Below are positions 12,767-27,396 of a stretch of 64,000 nt of DNA, piece by piece (position 1 is the first letter of the stretch; every line of letters starts with the position of its first letter). The position numbers and the translations under genes were made by a program. The DNA lies in the NCBI RefSeq assembly GCF_004010195.1, contig NC_057728.1, forward strand, positions 48,241,521 through 48,305,520. Direction: 5' to 3'. The notes under the pieces were generated by a model that worked only from the letters and a program-made list of their open reading frames with translations, made no database searches and was not told the origin of the DNA. Source of the DNA: Chiloscyllium plagiosum. Lineage: Eukaryota.

Positions 12767-13030
12767 CTCCAGCAAAGGTTCCATTTGTGTTTGCATCAAA
12801 TAACAGCAGCTGTAATAGCCTCCTAGTTTCTTGGAAGAGAGCTGTGGGAGATGTGGATTCATATAATGTCACGCTGTCTTATCGGCGAACTGTGAAAGAA
12901 ACCAAGAGTTTGCAATCAAGTACATCTAAGGTCGCCTTTCACGGGTTAACTCCAGGGCGTTTGTATAACATCACTGTCAAAACCATCAGGGGAAAGCTGC
13001 AGGCAGTAGCTGCAAGTAGTGGCAGAACTG
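12767..13030 (+). CDS. PTPRB: FN3 exon (APAKVPFV..SGRT), ~#4
   Basis: tttcag| ... |gtaaga, 264 nt; LTPGRLY. Confidence 0.95.
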
Positions 13031-16000
13031 GTAAGACCTGCACAGTAACTGAAATTACACTGTTACTGAATCGTCATAATGTCATTTGCTATCTGTAATA
13101 AATAATTGCTTTCCAGTGAGATTTCCATCAATATTTGTTCTCAGATATGGGTATCAATGGCAAGGTCAACATTTATTATACATCCTTCTTTTTGAAGCAC
13201 TGCAATCCATGACTAAATAACTCACAGAGCGCTGCAGGTTGGGGAGCTCTAGCATGTTGATACAGTGACAATGAAGGAATAGGCACCTGTGCCTAAGTCA
13301 TAGCTGGTGTGTGACTTGAAGTGAATAGTCCCATAGCTCTTATTATTATGGAGGTAGAGACTGAAGGCTTGGGAAGCAGTGCATCCTTTCAATCAAGGAT
13401 TCCAGACTGTGGGGTTGAGAGTTGGAATTTTGGGATCATGAACTCCAAGGCAGCAATATCTGCTGCGGTGCACCGACCCAGTGCTAAAAGCTGCAAGGTC
13501 ACTTTAAAGGGTCAGATATGTTTTTAAAGTGGGTGTGGACTAGGCTGTTGTGCCCTGAGGAGATGACCTGGGGGTTGCAGTAAGAGAGGGACTCACTGAG
13601 ATCCTTGTAGAGAGAGGAGGATAACTTCTTCAAGGTAGGCATTCTTTGAAGAGGGTTCGCAGTAAGGTTAAAATCAACTAGGCGAAAGTGGGTGCTACAG
13701 ATGCTGGTCTACTGAACATCAGCCCAATGCTGGCTCCCACCCTCCAAGGTGATTTTAAGGATTTAGGTTTTGCTGGAGATTAGAGTCAAGATTAGAGTGG
13801 TGCTGGAAAAGCACAGCACCACTGTGTTGTACCCTGAGGCCTGAATACTGTTTGGAAAAAAACCCTGGAGAAATAGGACCTCCCCACAATCACCCCAGAG
13901 ATCTCCATCCCCATTCTGTTTCTTCTTCAACTTGTTCAGAAATGCTCTGTCACACCTCTTGGTTCAGACATAAAGACAAGACCACTGTGCTACAAAAGCC
14001 CCCTCACACTCTCTCTATCCCATCTTCCCTCCCTGCTCTCACAGATTTCCTATTCTCCCAGTTGAAATAGATGCCCTCAACCATTATCTTCACAAATATC
14101 TCTCCTACTCTCTCCCCCCTTCACTGCTCCCACGTGCCTCCCATATGTAGGTCTATAATCACAGCTATTCTCAAATACCCAAATGGAGGTCACAAGGGTA
14201 AATAACTTTTGAAGCACTGCTTTAGACAGTGTACGTACTGCGGTTACATTACAGTGATGGTGAAGGGAGTCAATCTTTAAAGGGTAGGTGAGGTGCTGAT
14301 CAAGTGGATTGCTTTGACCCAATGATGTTGTTTCCATTTAGCTGCAACTGTCTATTCAGGTTTTTCCTCACATTGCTGACTTGTGTTCTGTGGGTTACAC
14401 AGACACTTTAGGGAGTCAGGAGATGATCAGACAGAATGTCCAACCTCTGACCTGATCTAGTAGCCGCAGTACTTTGGAGAGGGTTCGCAGTAAGGTTAAA
14501 ATCAACTAGGTGAAAGTGGGTGCTACAGATGCTGGTCTACTGAACATCAGCTCAATGCTGGCTCCCACCCTCCAAGGTGATTTTAAGGATTTAGGTTTTG
14601 ACAATGGAATCACCATAAGTTATTAGGTGTAAATAGATCTGACCGATTATAACTTGATAATATTCAAACATACTAAAATTCACTGATTGTTGGAATTAAA
14701 TAACACCATGTGATATTTCAAAATAATCCAAGACTGTACCAAATGCTGCAGCAAGAACCTTTCAAACTAAAGCAGAATGGAAGGCTAGATTCAAGCAGTT
14801 AAATGTCATTTTGTCCTGGACCATTTATTGTGAAACGTATGTGTTGGTCATTTAAATCTCAATAATGAGCTGTAAAATTATTTCTTAATACATTCCTCAT
14901 AGTATGTCACAGTGACTAACTCTTCAGTATGAGACTCAGCATCTCTCAAAGACTCGGAGCATACAATCTGTCAGCACTTAAATCATACCTAATATTCGAT
15001 AAAAAAAGTATCCCATTAAACTTTAAAATCAATGAATTAAAATGGTTTCTAGACAGTAGTCAAATCCTGGGATTATTTGAGAGTAAGAATAGTTATGTAA
15101 GTTTAAACATATCAATTGGTCTCCTTAATATTATTGGGCATATAATCTGAAATATGAATAGAAGGTGCTGCAGATGTACAATGTTTAAAAATGTGGAAAT
15201 TTCAAATGACATACTTTATTACAGACCAAATTAGATTAGCTTCTATCTTGTAATCACTTACAAATATTCATTATTCCCTATTAAATTATAATGTTTACTG
15301 AATGACATGAGTAATGAAGTAAAATAAGTTTTTTTTTAGTGACTTTGATGACTTTGTGCTATCTCAAAGCAATTTACAACAAATGTAAAGCTTTGAAGTG
15401 TAATAACTGTTATAGTGCAGGGTTGTATGAACAGCAATGAAGTAAATTATTAGATTGTCTCTCAGCAGCATTGGTTGAGACATAAATATAAACTGGCATA
15501 CTAGGAGATTTGCTTTCCCTTCTTTCAAACATGCCTTGTGATGCTTTATGATCATCTGAGATGGCAGCAGGACCTTGGTTTAACATTGTAACTAAAAGAC
15601 AGCTGTTCCAAAATGTTGGCTCTTCCTCAGTATTGAACTACCTTGTTAGCTTCAAATGAAACTTGAACTTAGAACTTGTTGAGTCAGAGATTTAAATACT
15701 AACGTTGCACCCGGTCACATACCTTCATGTTCACTATAACTAAACCAAATGATTTTTTGACATGGTTTGAGTATCATACAATTTTCTGTTAAATTGAGTG
15801 CATGTGGAATACTGCTATTTCATCCAGGATTTTAATTTTCTAAATAACTTGAATTTAGGAAGTTATGAAATGGTACGACAGTCGTGGCAACTGGGAACAA
15901 AAAAGTTATGTTGAACTTATAATCATAATACACCTGAAACCTTAATCCAATGGGTATCTTGGGGCAGGTGATCATGGGACTTGTAACACAAAGGCACAAA

Positions 16001-16624
16001 TTAATATTCTGGGGAGATTGGTACAAATCCCAGATAATGAACTTTAAATTCAACAAAATCTGGAATTAAAAGTTAGTCTAATGGCAACCATGTAACAATT
16101 TTCATGAAGAACTCGTCTGGTTCACTAATGCCCTTCAGGGAAGGAAAGCTGCCATCCTTATCTGGTCTGGCCTACAAGTGACTCTACACCCACAACAAGG
16201 TATTTGACCCTTAATTGCCCTTTAAAATGGGACAATAAGCCAATCAGTTGAAAGGCAAATAAGAATGGCAACAAATGCTAATCTTGTCAGTGATGCCCAC
16301 ATCCCATTGTCCAGGGATGTGTAGACTCGGTGAATTAATGATGGGAAATGCAGGGTTACAGGAATAAGGTAAGGAGGTGGTTCTGGGTGGGATACTCTTC
16401 AGAGGGTCAGTATGGACTCAATGGGCTGAATGGCCTGCTTCCAAACTGTAGGAATTTTATGATTCTATAATTAAAAAAGATCTGAAAATGATCTTATACC
16501 TTGTCAGGTCTACTGTCTACTTGAAACATTTCTTTTTCAATATTTACAATTTGTTTTATTTGTGATAAAGAACAACTTATTTGGCAATTACAAAAGACAT
16601 TTAAATGTCAGTTTGCTTCATTTA

Positions 16625-17070
16625 TAGAGTTGTGGAGTCAGAAAGTCATACAGCATGGAAACAGACACTTCAGTCCAATTAGTCCATGCCGAACATGCTC
16701 CCAAACTAAACTACTCCCACCTGCCTGTGCTTGGCCCATATCTCTCTAAACCCTTCCTATTCATTAACTTATCAAAATGTAATAATTGTACCTGCGTCCA
16801 ACACTTGCTTTGGCAGTTCATTCCATACATGAATCACTCTTTGTGTAAAAACATTGCCCTTCATGTCCATTTTAAATCTTTTCTCACCTTAAAAATATGC
16901 TTCCCCACCCTTGCATTCTCAGCAACATCCTGGTAAATCTTTTCTGAACCCTTTCCAATGTAATAATATTGTTCCTGTAACAGGGCAATCAGAATTGCAC
17001 ACAATACCCCAGAAAAGGCCTCACCAACATCCTGTACAACCTCAACATGATGTCCCAATTCCCATACGTT
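16625..17070 (-). mobile_element. CR1 LINE 3' fragment
   Basis: Reverse complement of the CR1 tail (cagcatggaaacagacacttcagtcc..ctgtgcttggcccatat). Confidence 0.75.
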
Positions 17071-17647
17071 TGGCTTCCATTCCCATCGATTGACTTGTGG
17101 TCAGCGCTTCAGGTTGGCATTTCTGGGCAGTAGGGAGAAAATGCTGCATATTCCCTTTCACTGAAAAGCACTATTCACTGCTCAAAATCCTGGAACTCCC
17201 TGCCTGGTGCCACATGAATAGCAGTGGTTCAAGAACATAGCTAACTACCAATTTCTTCGAAGCAATTAGGAATGGACAACAACCTTGTCAGCAACACCCA
17301 CATGTCATGAAAGACTGTTTCAAAAAAACCAAGTATAGGCAGGTCCCAAAATTTCCTAGCCATATTTGTTTCTCACAGTACGTCACCTAACTACAGATTT
17401 GTATCATTCATATGTCAATTATGGGATCTTATTGTGCATAGGTTGGCCATCTGCCATATTTACCTACGTGATAGCAATGACTAAACTTCAATGTTTCGAG
17501 ACATCTTGAGGAAATGATAAGGCACCATGTAAAATGCAACTTCTTAATTTATTGTTGTTGGAAAAAATAAGGATATGCATTTTGTCTAATTGCTGATTGT
17601 TAAATAAATTAACCCTTGGTACATGAATTGTTTAATGTTTATTTTAG

Positions 17648-17917
17648 TTCCCCAAAGTGTCTCAAACTTGGCAATGGCAAGCAATGGTTCAACAAGCTCT
17701 CTGAGAATGAGCTGGCTGCCCCCTACTGGAGACTGGGAGAGTTACCTGATTCAACTGTTCAACCACTCCTCTGTCGTGCTGAATGTGTCCGCTGAGAAGC
17801 ATATCAGAGAATATGTAATAAACGATTTAGGACTCATCCCTGGACGGCTATATAAGGCTGCAGTCATTGTAAGGAGTGGAAATTTAAAAAACGAGGCATA
17901 CTGCAGCGGGAGAACAG
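17648..17917 (+). CDS. PTPRB: FN3 exon (VPQSVSNL..SGRT), ~#5
   Basis: ttttag| ... |gtagga, 270 nt; GDWESY, LIPGRLY. Confidence 0.95.
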
Positions 17918-18039
17918 GTAGGAAACAAATGACAAATTGTTCAGAAAGTTTTACCCAAATTCTTTATCATATTGAACTATTTCAAGTGCACGACACAGTA
18001 ACAGGTTATTTGGATCGTCAAGTCAACGCTGATATTTAT

Positions 18040-19300
18040 GCTCCAGAAAAGCTTCTGACCACACCATTTCATCTCATTGTACCTGCACATCCTTCTACTT
18101 GATTCCTTCTCATTTGTTCATTCAGCTTCCCATTAAACGCACCAATGCTATTGGGTGGAATCTGTGGGAGTGCATTCTGTATTCTTACTGTTGTTAAAAA
18201 AATTCTCTTCAATTCCCTGCTGGATTTATTAGTGAGTATGTTATTTGCATTACCTATAGTTTTAGACTTGTTCTCTATGTCTATCCTGTCTATCACTTTA
18301 GTTATCATAAAAACTTTTTGTCATGTCATTCCTCAGTGTTTTATAGAAAAGGTAATACAGCTTGCCCATTCCTGATAGCCACATTCTCTCAGTTCAGGTG
18401 TCAGCCCTGTGAGGTTTCTTTGCATCTTTTCCAATGCCTTTACATGCCGTTTACAATATGGATATTGGAGCTGTACAGCATTCCAAACATCGTTTAACCA
18501 AAGATTAATTCTTGTTAAATACAACATCTCTATTTTTCAATCCTATCCCTCTAGAAATGAATGCTGTTGTGAGGATAGCTTTATTATTGATCAACTTATA
18601 ATGATTTCTGTATATGTACACCATGACCACCTTGTTCCTCCTTCCGCAACATGCGCTACTTTTAGTTATCCTACAAAAATGCACAATTTCACATTTGCTT
18701 AAAATTAATTTTGTCAATTACTCATTATTCTGCCAGTTTATTAATGTTTTATGCCTTTTGATGCATTCTTCTTTCGTATTAACATACCTCCCAAGTACTG
18801 TTGTTCACGAATTTTTAAATTGTACTTCCAATTCTTGAGTCCAAGCTATTGATGTAAACTGAAAAACAATGATCCCATCACCAATTCCTGTAAACCATCA
18901 CTCCATACCTTTTACTAGTTTTAGTAGCTAACTTCAATCCCTAATGTCCCTTTTCTGCTTTATAGCCAGGTTAGTACCAATTCTGCTATGTGTAATCTGA
19001 TTTGCACGTCCTGATATTAGTTATGAGTCAATGTATGAAGGTCTTTTGAAGATCATAGTCTATGATTTACAAGATTTCTTTTGCCAACACTTTTTCCTAA
19101 TTCTCAAAGTATACTATAAAGTTCGCCAAACCTAATGTTCCCTTATGTGCTGATTACTTTTCATTTTCATCATTCAGGTGTATATATACCAGATCTTTGA
19201 GCATGTATTCCTTTATCTTTTTTATCACAACACTATTCCAACTGGTCTAAAGATCCCTGGACTTGTTCTATCTCACTACAGGTACAACATTAGCCAGCCA
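18040..19300 (-). mobile_element. Decayed CR1 LINE fragment
   Basis: Minus-strand peptides VKALEKMQRNLT and SKCEIVHFCR, typical of the CR1 RT C-terminus. Confidence 0.7.
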
Positions 19301-20712
19301 CCATTATTGCTTTTGCTAATGCACATATTATATAAATTCAAATGTGTAAGAGCACCCTCAATGACTCTTCCTTAACTTTATGAAAATGCACACATCAATC
19401 TATTTCGTCACATAAAGCCTTCCTAAATTTAATTAGTTTATTAATTGCTTTCCTATTTATTTATTCAAATGTCAGGCTTATTCAGTACCCTGGTAAATGC
19501 TGAGGCAGAATAACTTCACAATTTGAACCTTTTCCAGTATTGCCTGTCAGTTTATCTTGTGCATCCTTCAGTGGCTGTATCTGCATATGGGTTTTTGTTT
19601 TGGGGGTGGTGAAGAATTTAATAGAAGTGATGAGGGTCTGATTCTCGAGCTGAAGAGCTGGAATTAAATGCCAATCAAGCACTTAAGTAGGCAGCAGTGC
19701 ATCATCCGCAGGATCAAGGCTTGAGCACAGACGTCCTACCCACCAAAAACTGTTCTTACTAGTCAAATACTATTTTGCGTGGACCACAGATTGTTTCATA
19801 GGAGTTGGATTGCAGTGTTCTCTGCTTGTAAAATTACAAAACTCAGGGCTGTAATAATACCGGATATATGTTCGCTTCTCACCAAACCACTCTCTCCAAT
19901 GTGACATTCTCCCCGCAAAATCATTAACTTTGTATGAAGAGGTACGTTGCTTTTAAAAATTCAGAATTAAGTTTGGCTTGTTTCCCAACTCATTTATATG
20001 GGGGAGAAATGGTCACAAAATCCAGAAACAGAAGATAACTTAAAAGTGACTTCTAAGTCTTTTGAGAGATAAAATTTTGAGAGAGGAGAAATGCTAGAAG
20101 TGGAACACTTTGTTGCATTTTACACAATATTCTGAAGATTAGATATTGGACAAAGTTCACTTCATGTGATCCCAAAGCAAGGCTTCACACTAACTTCGAA
20201 AAGCACCACAACCCTGCTGTGCAGATCTGACGTTTCCTAAATGTGCCGACCTGTGGTTTACTATGATTTGAAAAATCTGCAATAAGTGGTAGATGGTTTA
20301 GTGCTGCATTCTGGTGCTGACTAGTTACTCAAACGATTTAAAACTCAATTCATGGAATACATTTGGGACCATTACACAAAAAAGAAATTTCTTTCCCTCA
20401 CAGCCCCCACAAAGAAAGAATCTGAACACTTGATACGTAATGATATCTTTACAGCAAAGACAAAGAGCTGGGAGAGTCTAAGCATGTTCCAAGCACTCAA
20501 ATTGTGCTGAATCAGAAGGCTGGCCCATTGTGAGTTAGAATATGTTAGAAATAGTACACAGTATTGAAGTGGCACTCCAGAGACTCTTCTTTTTAATTTC
20601 TCAATTGTATAACCCTCAGCTGCTTCAAAGAGTTCAGTGTGGTCAAGTTTACTTCAGTTGCAGGATAAGGATGGTCCACAATCAGTTAATTTTTCTCACT
20701 TTTATTTTACAG

Positions 20713-20973
20713 CGCCTCAGGCAGTCCTTCATCTACGGATAAAACACACTGATGAATCCACACTCAGTGTCTCGTGGACAACCCCAGTGACTGAACTGGA
20801 CCGGTACCTTATATCATTAAAGGACACAAAAAGTACAGAGATGAATAAAAGTCTGTCAAAAGATGCCAAAGATTGTACTTTCTCTGGCTTGGTACCTGGA
20901 CGGAAGTTCACAGTTAATGTAACCACAATCAGCGGTGACTTAAGCAAATCTGCTTCAATAGAAGGAAGGACAG
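20713..20973 (+). CDS. PTPRB: FN3 exon (APQAVLHL..EGRT), ~#6
   Basis: tttacag| ... |gtaagt, 261 nt; KSLSKDAK, LVPGRKF. Confidence 0.95.
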
Positions 20974-22348
20974 GTAAGTGGAATTAGTGTTGCATTATTG
21001 TCTCCTCGCAATTATGTGAATGTGCTAGTTTTGAAAATGCAACTGAATACGAAAGTTCATTGACAGCTGATGAATTCCACATACTTATTATATTTTGCTG
21101 TTACATTTTGAAGAAAGGCAGAGGAATTTTTCCCAATGCCCTAGTCAATATCTATCCCTTGTACAACATTGTCAAAACCGGCTATCTGCTCATTATCACA
21201 ATGCACAGAGTAAGGTTCCAAATAGCATTACAGCAATTATTCCCCTTTGGAAGTTTTCATTGATTGTGAAGTGCAATGGCGTCATGAAAGACATTGTATA
21301 AATATTCTATTTCTTACTGCTAAACTTTCATGTAAACCTTCATAACCTATGAGATCATTGCAGGATATGAACTGTTACAATCTGGATTCATCTTCAGGCA
21401 TTTACCAGCTCACCAGTTATCATCTACTTAAGGCTTTCCATCCACCTCTACTGACATAAAATGTTGGGCAATGCTGTTGTATTATGACTCATGAACAGTG
21501 TGTCAGTATACCTTAAAGAAACAGACTCATCATCATTTAATCCTAGCCTGTGACCTGAGGGTACACAGATCTCACAACCCATCTTACCTTTGATAACTTG
21601 AAGCATGCCACTCTTCTGGAAGCATGTTCCTCTCTTGCAACTTAATAACTTGATATTAGCCCAAATACTTATGTGCCTGAAGATAGAATTTTTATTCATA
21701 ACAGTTGGTTGATTTCTTCACCACCACGATATTCACACCCAGTTTCTTGTATTAAGAAAGATAATGTAAATACTACCACACCAGGTAAAACATTCTGTTG
21801 AAGGCAAAATCACACTATTCGCAGATGTGTTTTGACCACTTTGTGCAAAAGGCAGGAAGGAATGGGGCACGAGGTGTTACACCTTTAGACCTCCCTTTGA
21901 CCTCCAAATCCCACTCCTTCATTATTCTCACCTCTCCAAATCCATACTGTTATTAACCTCACTCTTCCCTCCCATCCTGGGGGATAATTAAATTGCCAGC
22001 AGTGTCCATTACTCAGGCATAGTATTGCTGGAGCTGTCACCTTGTTTGGTGACATGGTCATCATTAGGCTGGCTTTTAATTCAAAATTCTTATTGAATTT
22101 GGATTTCATTACCTGCCATAGTGGGATTTGATTCCATACCTCCACTGGGGCTCTGGACTATTAGGCTAATGACATTTCCATTACACCAGCTCCTTACCTT
22201 CAATAAATAAATGAAGTTCCTATGATTCATTTACAATATATTTCAATTTTACAATGGCTTTAGAGGAACTTTCACACTCAACAAATGACAAAAAATAAAT
22301 TCGGGCAGTGTTGCTTTCAAATTGTTTTGTAACGCTATTTTTCCTTAG

Positions 22349-22615
22349 TGCCGGCTCAGGTGTCAAACCATCATGTGACAAACAAGGGGACAACCAACAG
22401 CCTACACACCAGCTGGACTAGAGCCGTTGGGGACATTGACAATTACCAAATCCACCTCATTCATGAAAACATTGTAATCAAGAATGAAAGTGTTTCAAGT
22501 GAAACCGATCAATATCTGTTTCATTCCCTGAAACCTGGAGGGTCATACTCTGTGGTCATCACCACTGTTAGTGGAGGAATCTCCTCAAGACAATCAATAG
22601 CTGAAGAAAGAACAG
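22349..22615 (+). CDS. PTPRB: FN3 exon (VPAQVSNH..EERT), ~#7
   Basis: ccttag| ... |gtaaga, 267 nt; IHENIVIKNES, SGGISSRQ. Confidence 0.95.
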
Positions 22616-23171
22616 GTAAGAAAATAACACATAATACAGGAGTGACAATAGCTGTTTGCTCTCCCTGTGGCTTAGTTATGAAATAAAATGTCCATTGTGA
22701 AGCTGAGCCTGTGTGCCATGAAAATTTACAATTCTAATCAAATCACAAGGAGCCCATTAGACCTCACATGTCTATGTGAGCCCTTCCAATTAATAACCAA
22801 GTCAACCCACTTCCCTGCATTTTCCCCATAGCTCTGTACATTATTTCTCTTCAAGTTGTTTCTCTCCAATCTGCTTCTGAATGTTATTGCCTCCACCACC
22901 CTTTAAGGCATTGCTTTTCAAATGTAGGAACAAGGAGCAGGTGTAAGCTATTCAGCTCCTGAAATCGACTTTGCCATTTGGTAAGATCATAGCTTATCGG
23001 ATTAAAACCTCAAATTCCCATGCAACCCGGCAACATTTTATCTCCTTGTTTACTAAGAATATATCCACTCTGACTTGAAAATATTCAAAGGCTGTGCTCC
23101 TACTACATTCCCAGGAACAGAATTCCAATTACTCCAGACACTGTGAGAAAGAATTTTAGATTCTCCCATAA

Positions 23172-23446
23172 GAAATCATTGAATTCATAGTGTTGAAGCA
23201 GGCCAAGTCCGTACCAACCTTCCAAAGAACATTCCACCCAGAAATGCTCCCTATCATATCTTCATAACCCTGGACTCCCCATGGCCAATCCATCTAATCT
23301 GCGCATCTGAGGACTGTAGGAGGAAACCCACACAGACACAAGGAGAATGTGCAAACTCTACACAGACAGTCATCCAAGGGTGAAATTGAACCCAGGTCTC
23401 TGGTGCTGAGGCAGCAGTCCTAACCACTGAACATCTGTGCTGCCCC
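23172..23446 (-). mobile_element. HE1-type SINE (decayed)
   Basis: ggagaatgtgcaaactctacacagacag..gaggcagcagtcctaaccactga. Confidence 0.8.
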
Positions 23447-23795
23447 AGGAAAGAGGAAACACCTTCTCCACATCTATCCTGCGAAGACCTCGTAGGCTTT
23501 TAAATATTTCCGTCAAGTCATTCTCTTACACTTATAAACTCTAGCAGATACCAGCCTGGCCTATCCAACCTCTCTTCATAGGACAGCCCATCCATTCTAG
23601 GTATTAGTCTGGTAAACATTCTTTGAACTATTTCCAGTCCATTTATATCATTCCTTTGAAACTCTCACCATTTAGATAATATGTGTGACCCTAACTGGGC
23701 AAAATGTGATGCTGATCTGCTTCAAGTGAAAACGTTGGTCCTTTGAGAATGGGACCTGTTTAACTCCATTGGAAATGAAACCTATTTTCAGATTT

Positions 23796-24363
23796 GGATG
23801 CTCAAAAACTGCATGAATCCATGTACGATTCTATAAATCACTTCTTTAGATTAGAATCGGTCTGAACATTGGGGCACAGACAGCCTCACACAAGGCACCT
23901 CGCACCTTCAATTCATTATGTGGGCCAACATGGCACCTATTGTTAAAATTGATTTGGAGACGCCGGTGTTGAACTGGAGTGTACAAAGTTAAAAATCACA
24001 CAACACCAGGTTATAGTCCAGCAGGTTTAATTGGAAGCACTAGCTTTTGGAGCGCCATTCCTGGTTGTGGAGCTTAAACTATTGTTAAAGTTCACTTGAG
24101 AATGTAACTTGAAGAAAGTTCTGGGATTTACATATGAAAGAATTGAAACCAACATGCCCATTCTAAAAGATGAGAGACTTACCAAACAATCCAGGTCTTT
24201 TTCAATATATGATTTCAGTTACATCACACTGTAAACGTTTGCTATAAATTCTGAGTCCTACAATCTTATACTCCACAACCACCTGATGAAGGAGCAGCGC
24301 TTCAAAAGCTAGTGCTTCCAAATAAACCTGTTGGACTATAACCTGGTGTTGTGTGACTTTTAA
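23796..24363 (+). mobile_element. Penelope family P2 terminal repeat with a nested inverted P2 terminus
   Basis: Outer 14-bp TSD ctattttcagattt (23782-23795 and 24364-24377); inner insert 23948-24078 with 11-bp TSD ctattgttaaa. Confidence 0.8.
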
Positions 24364-25614
24364 CTATTTTCAGATTTAAGTGGTGACAAGTTTGTTGTAG
24401 TTTATGATTCATGAGCTAGAAAAATTAATTCACTGAAAGATGATTGAATAACAGCTGGGAGGTCTCCATGAATGTGCTTCCATGGGAAGCTGGCCTATTG
24501 GGACAAGATATCAGAAAATGTGATCGTATATTAACCATCCTTGAAATGGTTGGAAAATTTTAGGTGATGCAGTTCTGGTAATTGAGGTTCCCTGATGGGA
24601 TTACAAGTCCATTAAATAACTTCTGTGTTTTTTTTCAACCATGTTTTTGTTTGAACTCAGGTTGTCCTAATGTTTCTACTGCAATTCACCACCAGGGGGC
24701 AAATCGTAACTGCTGTAATCAGAATTATGTGAAAGAGAGGGAGACCATTTGGCCTATAATAACAGCCTCTTTAGGACAGCTATCCAATTCACCCCAGTAT
24801 CCTGCTCTTCCTCTGTTGCATTACAAAATCTGTCCGTCCTGTTTGTGTTTTCTATGTGATGAGTTGGTATGTTCTACAGCAGTCATACCGGCAACAATAG
24901 GCTATGAAGTGCAACCTGAAAAATTGCTTCAGCAGGGTTAAAAATAAATAATATCAGCATTTGAATAATTGCAATATGATGAACAATAAAAATAAATAAA
25001 TAAACATTCCATTGAAAGAGACAATGCGTCCCTGAATAATTCAATTTCTTAGCACGCTTGGTATTATGGTCCCAGCTGATGGTACTATTGGACAAATTAG
25101 ATCTCAATGAAATCTGGCCTTACTGATCATTTGTTTAGCTCAGGAAACATGATGGTCAGTCACTGAAACATAGTCACACGAGGCTACATCATTACCTTAA
25201 CAACAGAGCAGAAGCTTATTACATAAAAGATAAAAACAAACCAAGGGCAAACTAAATTATCGAGATTTAGAACACAGTTCAAAGAAACACACAGTAAAAC
25301 AAATTCTCATCTGTTCCCCAACACCATCATTTTGCAATGATTCAAATCCAGACAAGTTACCCCTCCACATCAAAACTTTCAGTTTGAGTTAGTTGATTCT
25401 TCCCACTTCATTCTTGTGAACTGTGAAGTCTTCTTACATGAATATTCTCAGATTTGCTTTTAATCACCTGTATATTTCTAACTAACACTCCTGGTCTGGA
25501 AGTTGCATAAATTAAACTTTTCTACTAAGATAACGGTTCCCTTAAATGCACTGAAAAATCTCTTTTTTAGGAGAGCCAACTGCACTTCATTCTGATCCCT
25601 GGATCATAAGATCT

Positions 25615-26925
25615 GAGGACCATAAGATACAGGAGCAGAATTAGGCCATTCAGTTCATCAGGTTTGCTCCACTATTTCATCATGACTGATATGTTTCTCA
25701 ACTATCCTGCTTTCTCTTTGTAACCTTTTATCTCCTTACCAATCAAAAACCTACTCCATCACAGTCTTCTGTGGCAATGAGTTCCAGAGATTAACAACTC
25801 TCTGGCTGAAGTAATTCCTCCTCATCTCAGTTCTAAAAGGCCATCCCTTCACTCAGAGGCTGTGCCCTCAGGTCCTAGTCTCCCCTACTAATGGAAACAT
25901 CTTCTCCACATCTACTGTGTCCAGACCTCTCAGTATTCTGTAAGTTTCAATCAGATCCCTCCTTCTAAACCCAACCAAATCCAGATTGAGAATCCGCAAC
26001 AATTCCTCATATGATAAGCTCTTCATCCCCAGGATCATTCTTGTAAACCTCGGCTGGACCCCTGCCAATGGTAGCACCACCTTTCCTTGGATATAGAGTC
26101 CAAAAATGCTTACAGACTCCCTACAGTGTGGAAGCAGGCTCTTCAGCCCAACAAGGCCACATCGACCCTCCAAAGATCAGCCCACCCAGACACATTCCCC
26201 TACCCTATATTTACCTCTCACTAATGCACGTAACCTACATATCCTGAACAATACAGGCAATTTAGCGTTGCCAATTCACCTAATCTGCTCATCTTTGGAC
26301 TGTGGGAGGAAACCAGAGGAAACCCAAGCAGACACAGGGAGAATGTGCAAACTCTACACAGTCAGTCGCCTGAGGCTGGAATCAAACCGGAATCCCTGGC
26401 ATTGTGAGGCAGCAGTGCTAAGTACTGAGGCACTGTGCCGCTGTACCAAATACCTCACAATATGCTAAATGTGATCTGACCACAATCTCTGCAATACCTA
26501 TCTGCTCTTGAATTCTAGTCCTCTTGAAATAAATGCCAGCATTCATTTGCCTGCCTAACTGCCAACAGAACCTATATGTTGACCTTAAGAGAACCCCAAA
26601 TTAGGACTCCCAAGTCACTTTGTGCTTCAGATTTCTAAGCTATTCCCCATTCAGAAAGTAGTCTACACCTCTATTCTTCCTATCAAAGTGCATAATCTCA
26701 CATTTTCCCACATTATATTACATCTGCCACTTCTTTCCCCACTATCCTGGCCTTATCCAGTCTCTCACTTCCTCAACACTCCGTCCTTCATCTACCTTTG
26801 TGTCATCTGCAAACCTAGCAACAATGCCCTCAGTTTCATCATCCAGATCATTAATGAATAATGTGAATGGTTGTGCTCCCAACAACGATCCCTGCAGAAC
26901 TCTACTACTCACCAACTGTCAATTT
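25615..26925 (-). mobile_element. CR1 LINE fragment with a nested HE1 SINE (26112-26441, -)
   Basis: Peptide VQPRFTRMILGMKSLSYEE..RRRDLIETYRILRGLD; the SINE body interrupts it. Confidence 0.85.
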
Positions 26926-27396
26926 GAACCCTTATCCCTGGAGTGTAAATGGAAGATTGTTTCTCAAGTCTCCTTTGTACTGCACAAAAAACTTGATCCT
27001 CTCAGTTTTCTAAAATCCATTTTTGATTATCCTGAACCAAATATAGACAAATGGCTCTCAATGGTTACTCCAACTGTTATAAACCACCATAGGATAAACA
27101 ACCTTCCATTAACACTCCAGGAGTCCCTGCTCTCTGGCACATACTGTAAAACTAGTCATTGTTTCGGAGACCTGCATAACCTAGTATTCTTTTAAACCCG
27201 TCAGTAAAGTAACCAACTCCAAATGTCACAATACTAAAATCCAATAGGTAAATATGATTGTAATATATATAAATCAGCCATCTTTCATCACATGAATGTA
27301 TCTCAGTTCATTGTCTGTCTAAGTAAACTACATTAAAGCCTGTGGCAGAGTTTCAAAATTTTATTTTGCACAAACAGCAGGGAAACACTTTATATT

